NCBI GenBank assembly: GCA_963666205.1
Contig: OY762654.1
Location: 1,056,001-1,120,000 of the forward strand
Direction: 5' to 3'
Length of the DNA: 64,000 bases
From: Synergistales bacterium
GTDB taxonomy: Bacteria; Synergistota; Synergistia; Synergistales; JAFGMB01
The notes beneath the pieces are model-generated. The model saw only the letters and a program-made list of their open reading frames with translations, had not been told where the DNA came from and made no database searches. A program made the translations under genes and the position numbers. Shown in pieces: positions 50,389-60,678 of the stretch. Position 1 is the first letter of the stretch, and every line of letters begins with the position of its first letter.

Positions 50389-50895
50389 TTACTCTACACC
50401 CAGTTCCGGCCGGGTTTCTGATGCCGGAGTGCTGAGGGTCTTGAGAAGATCTTCAATGGTATTGAGGATCATGGCCATGGAACCGATGGGCAGCACGTAG
50501 TAAATATAGGACATTGTTATCTGCATGGCCGGGGAGGTCTGGAAAACTGTCCTCTGAACCATGAGAATACCGTTTTTGAAGATTATGATCATGAAAACCA
50601 CAGTAAGAATGTTTGCTATTATCCTCAGCACTTTCAGAGGCATACCGGAGATCCTCTCCGTGATAACCCCCACTGTCATATGCCCCCCCATCCTCTGAAC
50701 TACAGGGATACCGAGGAATACTGTCCAGACGAACAGGTAGCGGGCAAGTTCTTCTGAAAAGGAAAGGGAATTGTGAAAAACATATCTGGAAACAACCTGG
50801 ACAAATATGAGGGCAAGCATTGTTCCCAGAGTGATGGTGATAATAAACCTTAAAAACCTGTCTATGATCGAATTGATCCTGGTTAGTACCTGCAC
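50389..50895 (-). CDS. dctQ: TRAP transporter small permease
   Basis: QVVSRY, SEELARY, 4 TM. Confidence 0.9.
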   Translation of the reverse strand: MQVLTRINSIIDRFLRFIITITLGTMLALIFVQVVSRYVFHNSLSFSEELARYLFVWTVFLGIPVVQRMGGHMTVGVITERISGMPLKVLRIIANILTVVFMIIIFKNGILMVQRTVFQTSPAMQITMSYIYYVLPIGSMAMILNTIEDLLKTLSTPASETRPELGVE

Positions 50896-50977
50896 AAGGT
50901 TAACCTCCTAAGTTTAAAAAGGTAGCGGGTCCTGTTCAAGAGCCCGCTACCAGGTGGAAAATAGATCTGTAAGGTAA

Positions 50978-51958
50978 TTACTTGGTGTTTACGATAGCTT
51001 CGATGGTATCAGCACCAACGGTTTTCTCAAACATATCCCATACGGGCTTGGTTGCTTTCTTGAAGGCTTCCTTGTCCACATCTACAAGGATCTCGCTCTT
51101 TCCGCTCTCGCGGATCTTATCCCAGTAGCCGTTCTCAAGGTCGATGGCAAGCTGGCGCTGCCAGTCACGGGCCTCATCGGAAGCTTCCTGGAGAACCTTC
51201 TTCTGATCGTCATTGAGCTTGTTCCAGGAGATCATGCTTATAAGCATAGGTTCTGCTGAATAGGTATGCTCGGTAAGAGAAATGTATTTCTGGACTTCAA
51301 AGAATCTCTTTGTGTAGATATGAGCTGCAGGATTCTCCTGGCCATCAACTACTCCCTGCTGAAGAGCTGTGAAAAGTTCTCCGAATGCCATGGGAGTGGG
51401 ATTCCCGCCAAGGGATTTGATCATCTCGATATAAACGGGCTGCTCCATTACCCGTATCTTGAGTCCCTTTACATCTTCAGGTTTGGTTATGGGCCTGACG
51501 TTATTGGTCATGTTACGGACACCGTTCTCGAAGTATCCAAGAACCTTGATGCCCCTGGGCTCAAGACCTTTGGCGATCTCCATGCCTATACCGTCAAGGA
51601 CCTTGAAGGTGTGAGCTCTGTCCCTGAAAATAAAGGGAAGATCGAAAACTGCTACCTTGGGAAGGAAATTACCAAGGACTGCGCTACTGCTCATGCACAT
51701 ATCGACGGTTCCAAGGGTAAGACCCTCAACCAGGTCCCTCTGGTTACCAAGCTGGCTGCTTGGGAAAACCTGTATTTCCATGGTACCGCCTGATTTTTCA
51801 TTTACCAGATCGGCAAATTTCTGGGCACCCTGGGCATAGGGATTCTTGGGATCGGCAATATGACCCAGTTTGAGAGTCACATCAGCAGCGAGAGCCACAG
51901 TTCCAAAAGCAAAAAGAGCTACAAGGGCAATACATACTATCCTGGAAAATCTGTTCAT
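50978..51958 (-). CDS. dctP: TRAP substrate-binding protein
   Basis: Signal peptide, FPSSQLG, GLKIRV, ALQQGVVDGQENP; ATG 51958 after AGGGGG. Confidence 0.92.
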   Translation of the reverse strand: MNRFSRIVCIALVALFAFGTVALAADVTLKLGHIADPKNPYAQGAQKFADLVNEKSGGTMEIQVFPSSQLGNQRDLVEGLTLGTVDMCMSSSAVLGNFLPKVAVFDLPFIFRDRAHTFKVLDGIGMEIAKGLEPRGIKVLGYFENGVRNMTNNVRPITKPEDVKGLKIRVMEQPVYIEMIKSLGGNPTPMAFGELFTALQQGVVDGQENPAAHIYTKRFFEVQKYISLTEHTYSAEPMLISMISWNKLNDDQKKVLQEASDEARDWQRQLAIDLENGYWDKIRESGKSEILVDVDKEAFKKATKPVWDMFEKTVGADTIEAIVNTK

Positions 51959-52021
51959 AAACAATAACCCCCTAAAAGATTTTTTACTGCTTTTTACCAA
52001 TAAACCCGGCATTTCCGGGTA

Positions 52022-53212
52022 CTAGCCTATTCTGGCGACTCCAGTCTTTATGGCTGCTTCAGCAACACCCTTTGCGACCGCTGGAACTACCCTGTCATCA
52101 AGAGCTTCGGGAATTATTCTCTCGGCACAGAGCTCATCATCAGATATCAGTGACGCGAGGGCCCTGGATGCTGCGAGTTTCATTTCCTCGTTGATCTCAC
52201 TGGCCCTGACATCAAGGGCTCCCCTGAATATTCCGGGAAATCCCAGACAGTTGTTGATCTGGTTGGGGAAATCGCTCCGACCCGTTGCTATTACTGCCGC
52301 TCCTGCCTCTCTGGCTTCGTCGGGGAAGATCTCAGGGGTGGGGTTGGCCATGGCGAATACTATTGCATCCTTCGCCATGGTGCTGACCATTTCCTTCGTC
52401 AGGACTCCTGGTGCAGATATGCCAAGGAATACGTCCGCATCCTTTATCACTGATCCAAGGGGACCCTGTTCCTTATGGGGATTGGTATCCTTTGATATCT
52501 CCTCCTTGGCCCAGTTCATATGATCCTTCCTGCCTTCATAGATGGCTCCGGCACGGTCAAGGAGTATGACATTCTTAGCTCCTGCGGAAAGAAGGAATCT
52601 GCATATGGCAGTCCCGGCTGCTCCGGCTCCGCTCATGACTATCTTGCAGTCCTCTATCTTTTTGTTCACCAGCTTCAGCGCATTCCACAGTCCTGCAAGG
52701 ACGATAACAGCTGTTCCATGCTGGTCATCGTGGAATACGGGTATATCGGATATCTCCTTAAGCTTCCGCTCCACCTCAAAACAGCGGGGTGCTGCTATAT
52801 CCTCAAGATTGATACCTCCGAAAGAGGATGTTATCTGGGCAGTAACATTGACTATCTCGTCAACATCCTGGGATTTTATGCAGATGGGGAACGCATCAAT
52901 TCCGGCGAATCTCTTGAAAAGGACGCTCTTTCCTTCCATGACCGGAAGAGAGGCATCTGCACCTATGTTTCCGAGTCCCAGAACTGCACTTCCATCAGAA
53001 ACAACTGCCACCATATTGGCTTTGGAAGTCACTTCGTAGATGGACTCCGGATTTCTTTCAATCTCCCGGCATGGTTCCGCTACTCCAGGCGTATAGACCA
53101 GAGACAGGTCTCGCATGGTTTCTACAGGAAGCTTGCTTATCACTTCAAGCTTTCCGCAGGATTTTCTGTGAAGCTCAAGGGATTCCTGAAATATCTCTTC
53201 TTTCTTTGCCAT
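52022..53212 (-). CDS. NAD(P)-dependent malic enzyme (small MaeE/YtsJ type)
   Basis: YTPGVA, DGSAVLGLG, NLEDI, FHDDQHGT, GAGAAG, ANPTPEI, GRSDFPNQINN; ATG 53212 after AGGAGG. Confidence 0.92.
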   Translation of the reverse strand: MAKKEEIFQESLELHRKSCGKLEVISKLPVETMRDLSLVYTPGVAEPCREIERNPESIYEVTSKANMVAVVSDGSAVLGLGNIGADASLPVMEGKSVLFKRFAGIDAFPICIKSQDVDEIVNVTAQITSSFGGINLEDIAAPRCFEVERKLKEISDIPVFHDDQHGTAVIVLAGLWNALKLVNKKIEDCKIVMSGAGAAGTAICRFLLSAGAKNVILLDRAGAIYEGRKDHMNWAKEEISKDTNPHKEQGPLGSVIKDADVFLGISAPGVLTKEMVSTMAKDAIVFAMANPTPEIFPDEAREAGAAVIATGRSDFPNQINNCLGFPGIFRGALDVRASEINEEMKLAASRALASLISDDELCAERIIPEALDDRVVPAVAKGVAEAAIKTGVARIG

Positions 53213-53412
53213 TAACGTTCCTCCTGGTTTGGTCACCCCTGGAAACATGCCCCAGAGGAGGAATAGATTTGATTAAAAAACAAATGGAAAGGGAAGGTCT
53301 GTCTGAAAGATAACCCAATTGAAGAATCTTATTCAAGAATTAGGACATAAAGAAAGGATATGTACATTTTTAGAAAGGTTTTTGGTCACTGGCTCTGTTC
53401 AAAAAAGGGTAT

Positions 53413-54096
53413 TCAATGAAGCAGCTTATATTTGTTAACGGGACGCCCTATCTCCCTGTAGGAAGGTTCTACTACCCCTTTCCCTGTGGATACTATGTAC
53501 TCGAGATATCTTCTGGCCGTAACACGGGATACACCTGCGAGTTCCGCAGTTTCATCCGCAGAGAGGGGGACTCCCTTTTTTTTCATAAGCTCCATTATTC
53601 TGTCGAGCTTACTTGAATTAAGTCCCTTTGGAAGGGCTCTTCTGTTTTCAACTTCTCTCCTCATGGAAAAAATGGAATCAATTTCTTCCTGGCTCAGGGC
53701 ACTTGACATGGCCTTGTGATGATAGGCACGAAAGGAATCAAGGGCCCTCCTGAATCTTTCATATGTAAAGGGTTTAACGATATAATCAAAAGCACCGTAT
53801 CTGATCACTTTTTTTATTGTTTCCGATTCATGGGCAGCAGAAACCATGATTATATCCACGTTCTTCCGGGCCTGGCGTATTTTTCTCAAAGTTTCTATCC
53901 CATCCAGTTCGGGCATGAAAATATCCAGGATAACAAGGTCTACAGCAGCCTCTTTATCCTCAAGATACCTTATTGCCTGAAGTCCGTCACAGGCAGTACC
54001 TGCGATGGAATACCCTTCAGTGGAAAGAACAAATCGTTTATGGATCTCCATTACCATGGGATCATCCTCGACTATAAGAACCGAAACAGGCTTCAT
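53413..54096 (-). CDS. CitB/DcuR/MalR-family response regulator
   Basis: EDDPMV, DYIVKPF, SRVTARRYLEY, GRP. Confidence 0.88.
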   Translation of the reverse strand: MKPVSVLIVEDDPMVMEIHKRFVLSTEGYSIAGTACDGLQAIRYLEDKEAAVDLVILDIFMPELDGIETLRKIRQARKNVDIIMVSAAHESETIKKVIRYGAFDYIVKPFTYERFRRALDSFRAYHHKAMSSALSQEEIDSIFSMRREVENRRALPKGLNSSKLDRIMELMKKKGVPLSADETAELAGVSRVTARRYLEYIVSTGKGVVEPSYREIGRPVNKYKLLH

Positions 54097-55694
54097 CAGG
54101 CTTCTCCTCCATTGGGAAGATTAACGACAAATTCAGTGAAATGGTCTTCATCCGAGACCACGTTGATTTCTCCATGGTAAGAATCTACCAGTGATTTTAC
54201 ACTGAAAAGACCATAACCTCTTTTACCCTCCGTCTTTGTAGTAAATCCTTTTTCAAATATCCTGTCAATACTTGCGGAGGGGATACCCTTGCCGGTATCC
54301 CTGACACTTATGAGGATCCTGCCGGATTCATCAAAAAGAGACAGGTCTATTTTCCGTCTTTCCCTTGAGACTTCGAGAACCGATTCCATGGCGTTTTCCA
54401 GAAGGTTGCCTATTATTACAACCAGTGCATTGCCGGAAACAGATCCATGTTCAGCCAGGTAACTGTCAGGATCTACACAAAGGTCTATCCCGAGCTCTCT
54501 GCATCTTCCCATTTTGCCAAGAAGCAATCCTCCCACAGCAGGGTTCCTGAACCTGTGTGTAACAAGTGATAATACGGTCTGCTGAGCATCTACGACCCCT
54601 GAAATATACTCGACAGCCCTATGGTACTCGCCAAGCTGTATCAGTCCTGAAATAGTCTGCAGTTTGTTGAGAAACTCATGATTCCTGACCCTGAGAGCCT
54701 CCAGGTACTTCTTCACTCCTGTCAGTTCCTCAGCCAGATCCTGTACAACTGACATATCCCTGAAACTTGCAATTGCACCGATCTTCCTTCCCTTCTCCAC
54801 CAGGGGGATCCTGTTGGTCAGTATCCGGCTGTTCAGAAGGATCTGCTCCTGATCATATTCTGCTTCTCCCGTTCTGATGACTTCAGGAAGTCTTGTATTC
54901 GGGATATGCTTCTCTGCCGATCTTCCCAGAACCTCTTTTCCTTCAATCCCGAGAAGTTTTCTGGCCGTATTGTTTATGAGGCTGATATTTCCTCCTTCAT
55001 CAACAGCAAGGATACCTTCAGGAATGGAATCCAGTATTACTTCCCTCTCCTTGAGTATCCTTACTATTTCGTAAGGTTCCAGCCCTCTGTTAGCCTTTTT
55101 TATATTCCAGGCAAGAAGCTGGGCTCCCAGCAGACCAACTATAAGCCCCAGAAAAAGAGCAAAAATGAGTCGTTGAGTTAATTCCCGCCTGAGGGCTCTT
55201 ATATCGTCCAGAAGGACACCGACGGAAACTGCACCCACCTGTTCCCCCTCATAAAAAAGAGGGACAAAGGCCCTCATGGAAGGCCCCAGGGTTCCCACGG
55301 CTTTGGAGATATACTGTTTACCCTCCAGCACTTCCTTTTCATCTCCACCAACAAACTTTCTGCCTATCCTGTCCTTGACAGGATGGGAATAGCGGATACT
55401 GTTGTTATCGAATACAACCACATATTCAGCGCCGGTTTTTTTCCTGATACCATCTGCTATGGGATCGATTATCTCTTCTCCTCCTGCCTTCCCCACATTC
55501 TTCTGGATGGCAGGAATGGATGCTACCGAGAGAGCGATATCCATGGCATTTTCACTCATCCGATGCTCAAAGGGTGCTACCACTGTAGTTTCAACTACCA
55601 GGCCAACGATGAACAGGCTGACAAAGAAGATGGCAAAAGCCAGCAGCGTGATCTTGGTTTTTATTGAGGTATGTCTATCGGGTTTTATACCCAA
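54096..55694 (-). CDS. CitA/DcuS/MalK-family sensor kinase
   Basis: sCache RYSHP..IG, GTLGPSMR, PAS, HEFLNKL, GNLLENA. Confidence 0.9.
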   Translation of the reverse strand: MGIKPDRHTSIKTKITLLAFAIFFVSLFIVGLVVETTVVAPFEHRMSENAMDIALSVASIPAIQKNVGKAGGEEIIDPIADGIRKKTGAEYVVVFDNNSIRYSHPVKDRIGRKFVGGDEKEVLEGKQYISKAVGTLGPSMRAFVPLFYEGEQVGAVSVGVLLDDIRALRRELTQRLIFALFLGLIVGLLGAQLLAWNIKKANRGLEPYEIVRILKEREVILDSIPEGILAVDEGGNISLINNTARKLLGIEGKEVLGRSAEKHIPNTRLPEVIRTGEAEYDQEQILLNSRILTNRIPLVEKGRKIGAIASFRDMSVVQDLAEELTGVKKYLEALRVRNHEFLNKLQTISGLIQLGEYHRAVEYISGVVDAQQTVLSLVTHRFRNPAVGGLLLGKMGRCRELGIDLCVDPDSYLAEHGSVSGNALVVIIGNLLENAMESVLEVSRERRKIDLSLFDESGRILISVRDTGKGIPSASIDRIFEKGFTTKTEGKRGYGLFSVKSLVDSYHGEINVVSDEDHFTEFVVNLPNGGEA

Positions 55695-55853
55695 AGATCG
55701 CGGCCTCCCCTTCAGAAGGAAAAATGGCTATCTTAATATATGGATAATATTTCCAAGAATGCTTCCAGAGGTAACATAACATCATAAAAAAGGGGGGTCA
55801 AATCCCTCAATGATGTATAATTAAATTACTGACGTAAGAAAGGAGGAAGTAAA

Positions 55854-56315
55854 ATGGCTTCAGCACTAGTTGCCATCGACCAGAGCAGTATCAGCAGAGA
55901 CCTTATCCATTATGCCTTTCAGTTTGCCCGCATGGAGAAGATAGACCATCTTGATTTCATACATGTCACCCCGGAAAAGGAAAAACCAATGATCATATCC
56001 GACCCTGACCATCCTGCGGATCTTCCCGAAGTTGAAAGTATCCAGATCCGCGATGAACTCTTTTCACTATTAACTTCCGCAGTCAGAAATCCTGAACAGC
56101 CGGAAATAACCTTCGATCTTATCGTTAACACGGGTACCCCATATGAGGAGATAATTCTCCAGGCAGATAAGGGGGATTACGATTTTATTCTCATAGGACA
56201 CAGAGGAATGAGCAATGTCAAACGATTTTTCATAGGCAGCGTTGCGGCAAAAGTGGTAAGACATGCTCCATGCTCGATCCTTGTTTTTCACCCCCAGGAA
56301 AAGGGTTCTCTATAG
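55854..56315 (+). CDS. Universal stress protein
   Basis: G.RG.S...IGSVA.KVVRHAPCSIL. Confidence 0.88.
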   Translation: MASALVAIDQSSISRDLIHYAFQFARMEKIDHLDFIHVTPEKEKPMIISDPDHPADLPEVESIQIRDELFSLLTSAVRNPEQPEITFDLIVNTGTPYEEIILQADKGDYDFILIGHRGMSNVKRFFIGSVAAKVVRHAPCSILVFHPQEKGSL

Positions 56316-56352
56316 AAAAACCAGGGAGGACAGTCCCCCCTGGTTTTTCTAT
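56312..56352. terminator. Bidirectional terminator
   Basis: ATAGAAAAACCAGGG/CCCTGGTTTTTCTAT. Confidence 0.8.
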
Positions 56353-56433
56353 CTCTTATTCAATTAATTTTTTCAAACGAAGCATCTTTATAAGAAAATG
56401 GAATTTGTCATGGAAATAGTTATCAAAAGATCT

Positions 56434-56742
56434 TCAACGTTCCAGTGATTCCTCTGTCAAAGACACACCCCGCCTGAAAGCAATATAATCCTTGATAAAC
56501 ATTCCGCTCTCGGAAGGTTCTATATACGAATATGCAGCATCATTATTTATCTCCCCATGAACCACCAGATCAAAATAAGTTATCTTCCCTTTTTCAGTTG
56601 TGGCTTTGTATGTAGGATCAGTTCTGAGATATTCCATTTTTACGGAACGGGCCGGGAAATAAACCACACCTTCCATTTTCTTCACATCCCTGCTTTCAGC
56701 AATTACTTCTCCATTCCATATTGCCTTAACCATCATTATCAT
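56434..56742 (-). CDS. DUF427 domain protein
   Basis: KAIWNGEVIAES, YFP, KG..TY, AAYSY..P, IKDYIAF. Confidence 0.8.
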   Translation of the reverse strand: MIMMVKAIWNGEVIAESRDVKKMEGVVYFPARSVKMEYLRTDPTYKATTEKGKITYFDLVVHGEINNDAAYSYIEPSESGMFIKDYIAFRRGVSLTEESLER

Positions 56743-57173
56743 CTCCAGAAAATTTAATTTACGTAATCAGGAAACATTATCCATTGCCTGATCAGAGGAT
56801 CTCAAAGTTATGTTTCCAACAGGAAAACAGCTCGATCATAAATCTCAATATCCTGAACACATTCTGTAATTCCTGAAAAAGGGATAAATATTAGAAGGAA
56901 ATGATAAAGTAAACAAATTCGAAGAAATAAATCGACCGGGCAAATAAGAGAAAGGGCATGGAGGATCATGACAATTAACGGAATAACTGAACTGCAGGTA
57001 AACTCCAGATCATCTTTCTTTTCCTGACTACATCATTTAATTGCACTATTTAATTATATGTCCAGACGCTATTTTATCAATACATCCAGTAATAATATAC
57101 AATATTCGAATTAACATGACTGGACATTAAAAAACCCGGCAGGTTAATTACCGTACCGGGAAAATATCATTTT

Positions 57174-58400
57174 TCAAAGGGCCTTTTGCCGCAATTTCAA
57201 TTTAGAGCAGATGAGATTCCCCAATCTTTCTGCCCCGATCCTGATCTTTTCCGGACTAACTCCTCCGAAACTTATTCTCATGCAGTTATTGCCCATGCCT
57301 CCGCCTTCAATGAAAAAGCCTTCACCTGCAACATACGCAACTTTCACATCCGGATTTGTGGTTGATTCCACCAATAGTTCAGTGGTATTGATCCCTCCCG
57401 GCAACTCAGCCCATGTGAACAGTCCCCCATCAGGAAAGGTCCTCTTTGTCCCTTCAGGGAAGAACCTGTCGATGCATTCGATCATGGTGTCTCTTCTTTC
57501 CCTGTACAGATCACAGATCATCTTATGATGATCCGGATAATATCCTCTTTTAAAGAACTCTGCACAGACGACCTGAGGCAACATGGACGTATGGGAGTTT
57601 GTCGCTGTCTTGGCGTCGAAAAGTTTTGCTGTTATTTCATCGCTGGCAAGGATATATCCAAGTCTGCTGCCAGGAGAGAATATCTTGGAGAAACTGTTTG
57701 CCAGTACGGTATTACCAGTCTGGTCAAAGGCTTTGATGGGCTGCAGTTCTTTTCCGCTGTAGCGAATATCCCTGTAAGGATCGTCTTCCAGGATAATCAC
57801 ATCATATTCGCTCCCCAGGGCCGCGATCTTTTTCCTTCTGTCCAGCGAAAGGGTCCTGCCTGTGGGATTCTGGAAAGTGGGAATAACGTAAACGATCTTT
57901 GGTCTGTATTTTATGATCTTGGCTTCCAGATCTTCCGGAACCATTCCGTTGTCATCCATATTTACACTTATGCATTTCGCCTGGAACATTTCAAATATTT
58001 CCACACAGTGGACAAAAGTCGGCGACTCAACCAGGATCACATCACCCGGATCGATATAGAGCTGGCAGAGCAGGTTCATAGCTTCCAGACCACCGCTTGT
58101 GATGAGAAGGTTATCTACCTTTGCATCTACTCCCCGGGGAGACAACAGATCATTCGCAACAACTTCACGAAGATCCTGCAATCCCATGACACTTCCATAT
58201 TGAAGGGCTTCCACTCCACGACTGTCGATCCTCATGACTTCATTTGTAATTTCACGAACGATATCAACGGGAAGAGCTTCTTTTGCCGGGGCACCGCCCC
58301 CAAAGGAAATAAGATCCGGATCGTTCATCGCTCCGAACAGGTTTCGGATAATTGCTGCGGATTTCTCCATTGTCGTCATACGTTCTGCAAATTCCGACAT
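57174..58400 (-). CDS. PLP-dependent aminotransferase class I/II
   Basis: ISFGGGAP, FQNPTG, EDDPY, SFSK; ATG 58400 after GGGGG. Confidence 0.88.
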   Translation of the reverse strand: MSEFAERMTTMEKSAAIIRNLFGAMNDPDLISFGGGAPAKEALPVDIVREITNEVMRIDSRGVEALQYGSVMGLQDLREVVANDLLSPRGVDAKVDNLLITSGGLEAMNLLCQLYIDPGDVILVESPTFVHCVEIFEMFQAKCISVNMDDNGMVPEDLEAKIIKYRPKIVYVIPTFQNPTGRTLSLDRRKKIAALGSEYDVIILEDDPYRDIRYSGKELQPIKAFDQTGNTVLANSFSKIFSPGSRLGYILASDEITAKLFDAKTATNSHTSMLPQVVCAEFFKRGYYPDHHKMICDLYRERRDTMIECIDRFFPEGTKRTFPDGGLFTWAELPGGINTTELLVESTTNPDVKVAYVAGEGFFIEGGGMGNNCMRISFGGVSPEKIRIGAERLGNLICSKLKLRQKAL

Positions 58401-58480
58401 AACATAACCCCCCGATCTTGAACTGTATAAAATTATAGCAACCACTGCCCTGCTGTCCAGAATGGAGTTCAGTACAAATC

Positions 58481-58529
58481 AAAAAAAACTCCGTGTTATT
58501 TCGTGAATTATCAAGAAATAACACGGAGT
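58481..58529 (-). terminator. Terminator downstream of panB
   Basis: ACTCCGTGTTATTTC/GAAATAACACGGAGT stem plus U-run on the minus strand. Confidence 0.75.
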
Positions 58530-58655
58530 CAAGCTCTCATACCAAAGGATTTCATAGCTTAATCGCGGAAGATCTAACCATCTCCTGAGTCCTTCAGTAT
58601 TCAGACTTATAACTTTCTGTAAAATATCAGAAATATAGTTTATCCCTGAAGAATA

Positions 58656-59510
58656 CTATTCATACTCCTTCAGCATTTCCATGTATTCTTCTTCCCTGTC
58701 CTTAAGGATATGATAGCAATGGTCATCCGTGGGGAACTGACCAGTTTTAACATCATTGACATATTCCTTGAAGGCCTGGGTCTCGATCTCGGCAACATTG
58801 GCATATTTTTTGACGAATTTTGGCGTAAAGGCCTCGAACAGACCAAGCATATCTCCACATATAAGGAGCTGCCCATCACAGGGACCGCCTGCCCCGATAG
58901 AATATACGGGAATATCAAGCTTTTTGGTGATGAACTGGGTCAGTTCCGGTGGAACAGCTTCAAGAAGAAGGGCAAAAGCCCCGGCTTCCTGTATTGCAAG
59001 GGCGTCTTCGATCAGGAATCTGGCACTCTCAGGATCACGGCCCTGGGCCTTGAAACCGCCAAGGGGTCCTGAACTCTGGGGGGTAAGACCGATATGCCCT
59101 ATTACAAGAATACCTGCATCTACAATGGCCCGGATGCGGCTCAGTACTCTTTTGCCGCCCTCGAGCTTGACTGCGTCCATATCTGCTTCCTTGAGGAATC
59201 TTCCCGCATTGAAGACAGCATCTTCATCAGATACCTGGTAGGACATAAAGGGCATGTCTCCTACGCAGAAAGTATTTGGAGCACCCCTTCTGACCGCCTG
59301 ACAGTGGGAAATGCAGTCTTCCATGGTGACAGGGATGGTTCCCTGGTAGCCTAGCACTACCATGCCGAGGGAATCTCCTACAAGTATCATGTCCATTCCT
59401 GCCTGCTCGACGAAGGAAGCCGTCGGGAAATCATAAGCGGTTACCCATGCTACCTGTTCCCCTTCTTTCTTCATCTTAACAAATTCGAGTCTTCCTTTTT
59501 TCTTTGCCAA
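58656..59510 (-). CDS. panB: 3-methyl-2-oxobutanoate hydroxymethyltransferase
   Basis: TAYD, LVGDSLGM, DMPF, VKLEGG, GHIGLTPQ, IGAG..CDGQ, PKFVK. Confidence 0.92.
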   Translation of the reverse strand: MAKKKGRLEFVKMKKEGEQVAWVTAYDFPTASFVEQAGMDMILVGDSLGMVVLGYQGTIPVTMEDCISHCQAVRRGAPNTFCVGDMPFMSYQVSDEDAVFNAGRFLKEADMDAVKLEGGKRVLSRIRAIVDAGILVIGHIGLTPQSSGPLGGFKAQGRDPESARFLIEDALAIQEAGAFALLLEAVPPELTQFITKKLDIPVYSIGAGGPCDGQLLICGDMLGLFEAFTPKFVKKYANVAEIETQAFKEYVNDVKTGQFPTDDHCYHILKDREEEYMEMLKEYE

Positions 59511-59586
59511 TTTTATCTACCCCTCTTTCCTGAATTTGAATTTCATCTACACTCTTTCCTGCCACTGAATTTATTGTCCAATGGAT

Positions 59587-60372
59587 TTAATCGTTTACTC
59601 CACCCTCATAACCGAACTCTGCCGAGAGCCTTCTGGCTGCTTCCAGAAGGAGTTCCACCATGGATAACTCTTCTCTGCCTCCACTCTTATACCGGTAGCG
59701 GGGATAGGATATGCTGAGGGCGGCGACCGCATCTCCACTTCCCATTCTTACGGGAGATGCAACACAGGCCAGCCCTGGGATAAATTCCTGATCATCCACT
59801 GCATATCCCCTTCTATGGATGATCTTGAGCTCTGCAAGCAGTTCATCAAGAGATCCGATAGTATCAGGAGTAAATTTAGTAAACTCCTCTTTCTCGAAAA
59901 GACGGATCACTTTTTCCCTTGGAGTGTAGGCCAGCATCGCTTTGCCCAGGCTGGTGGCATAGGCAGGATAACTCCTTCCCACCCCTATATCCGCCTTTAT
60001 GACCTCCGTGCTCTCGATCTTCTCCACGTACATGGCACGTGGGCCGTCAAGAATAGCAAGGTTGACGGTCTCACGGGTTTTTGAAGCAAGATGTTCCAGA
60101 TAAGGATTGGCACGCCGGATGAGTCCCAGGCGGTCAATCTCTATGGTGCCCATCTCGAAAAGCTTGAAACTGTTCGAATATTTCTGAGTCACCGGATTCT
60201 GGTTAACATAACCCTTATACCTGAGAGTACTCACCAGACGATGGACCGTACTCTTATCCAGATCAAGGGCTTCCCCTATCTGCGTGACACCCTGTTCTTT
60301 CTTTTCGTTAAGAAACTCTATGATCTCAAGAGCCCTGATCACAGACTGTACGTGATTATCTTTTTTCGTCAT
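59587..60372 (-). CDS. IclR-family transcriptional regulator
   Basis: QSV.RAL, KSTVHRL HTH, ETVNLA, TSLGKA, GYAVDDQE. Confidence 0.9.
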   Translation of the reverse strand: MTKKDNHVQSVIRALEIIEFLNEKKEQGVTQIGEALDLDKSTVHRLVSTLRYKGYVNQNPVTQKYSNSFKLFEMGTIEIDRLGLIRRANPYLEHLASKTRETVNLAILDGPRAMYVEKIESTEVIKADIGVGRSYPAYATSLGKAMLAYTPREKVIRLFEKEEFTKFTPDTIGSLDELLAELKIIHRRGYAVDDQEFIPGLACVASPVRMGSGDAVAALSISYPRYRYKSGGREELSMVELLLEAARRLSAEFGYEGGVND

Positions 60373-60640
60373 GATACCTTACTACTCCTCGCTCAGTCTG
60401 TTTCGTATGACGAGATGCTTATTTCGTTTATTCAATTGAGATTTTACGAATTAAGGTATGATATGTCAATATAGAAAAGATATTTTTATCCGGGCAGAAT
60501 CAGAACTGCCCGCTATTACTACGTTAAATGCACTAATATGTTTGATCTGAAGGTTAAAGAAAAAACAAGTTTTACCAGGGTACTTGATTTTCCTTCTATT
60601 TTTTGATAAAAGAGACTATGTTCCATTTTTGATTATATGT

Positions 60641-60657
60641 GTTTCGTGATATGAAAC
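60641..60657. promoter_or_regulatory. Candidate IclR-type operator GTTTC-N7-GAAAC
   Basis: Palindrome just upstream of the fhs SD; related copy GTTTCGTATGACGAGAT at 60400-60416 upstream of the iclR-like gene. Confidence 0.5.
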
Positions 60658-60678
60658 GTAATAAAGGAGGAACCGAGA

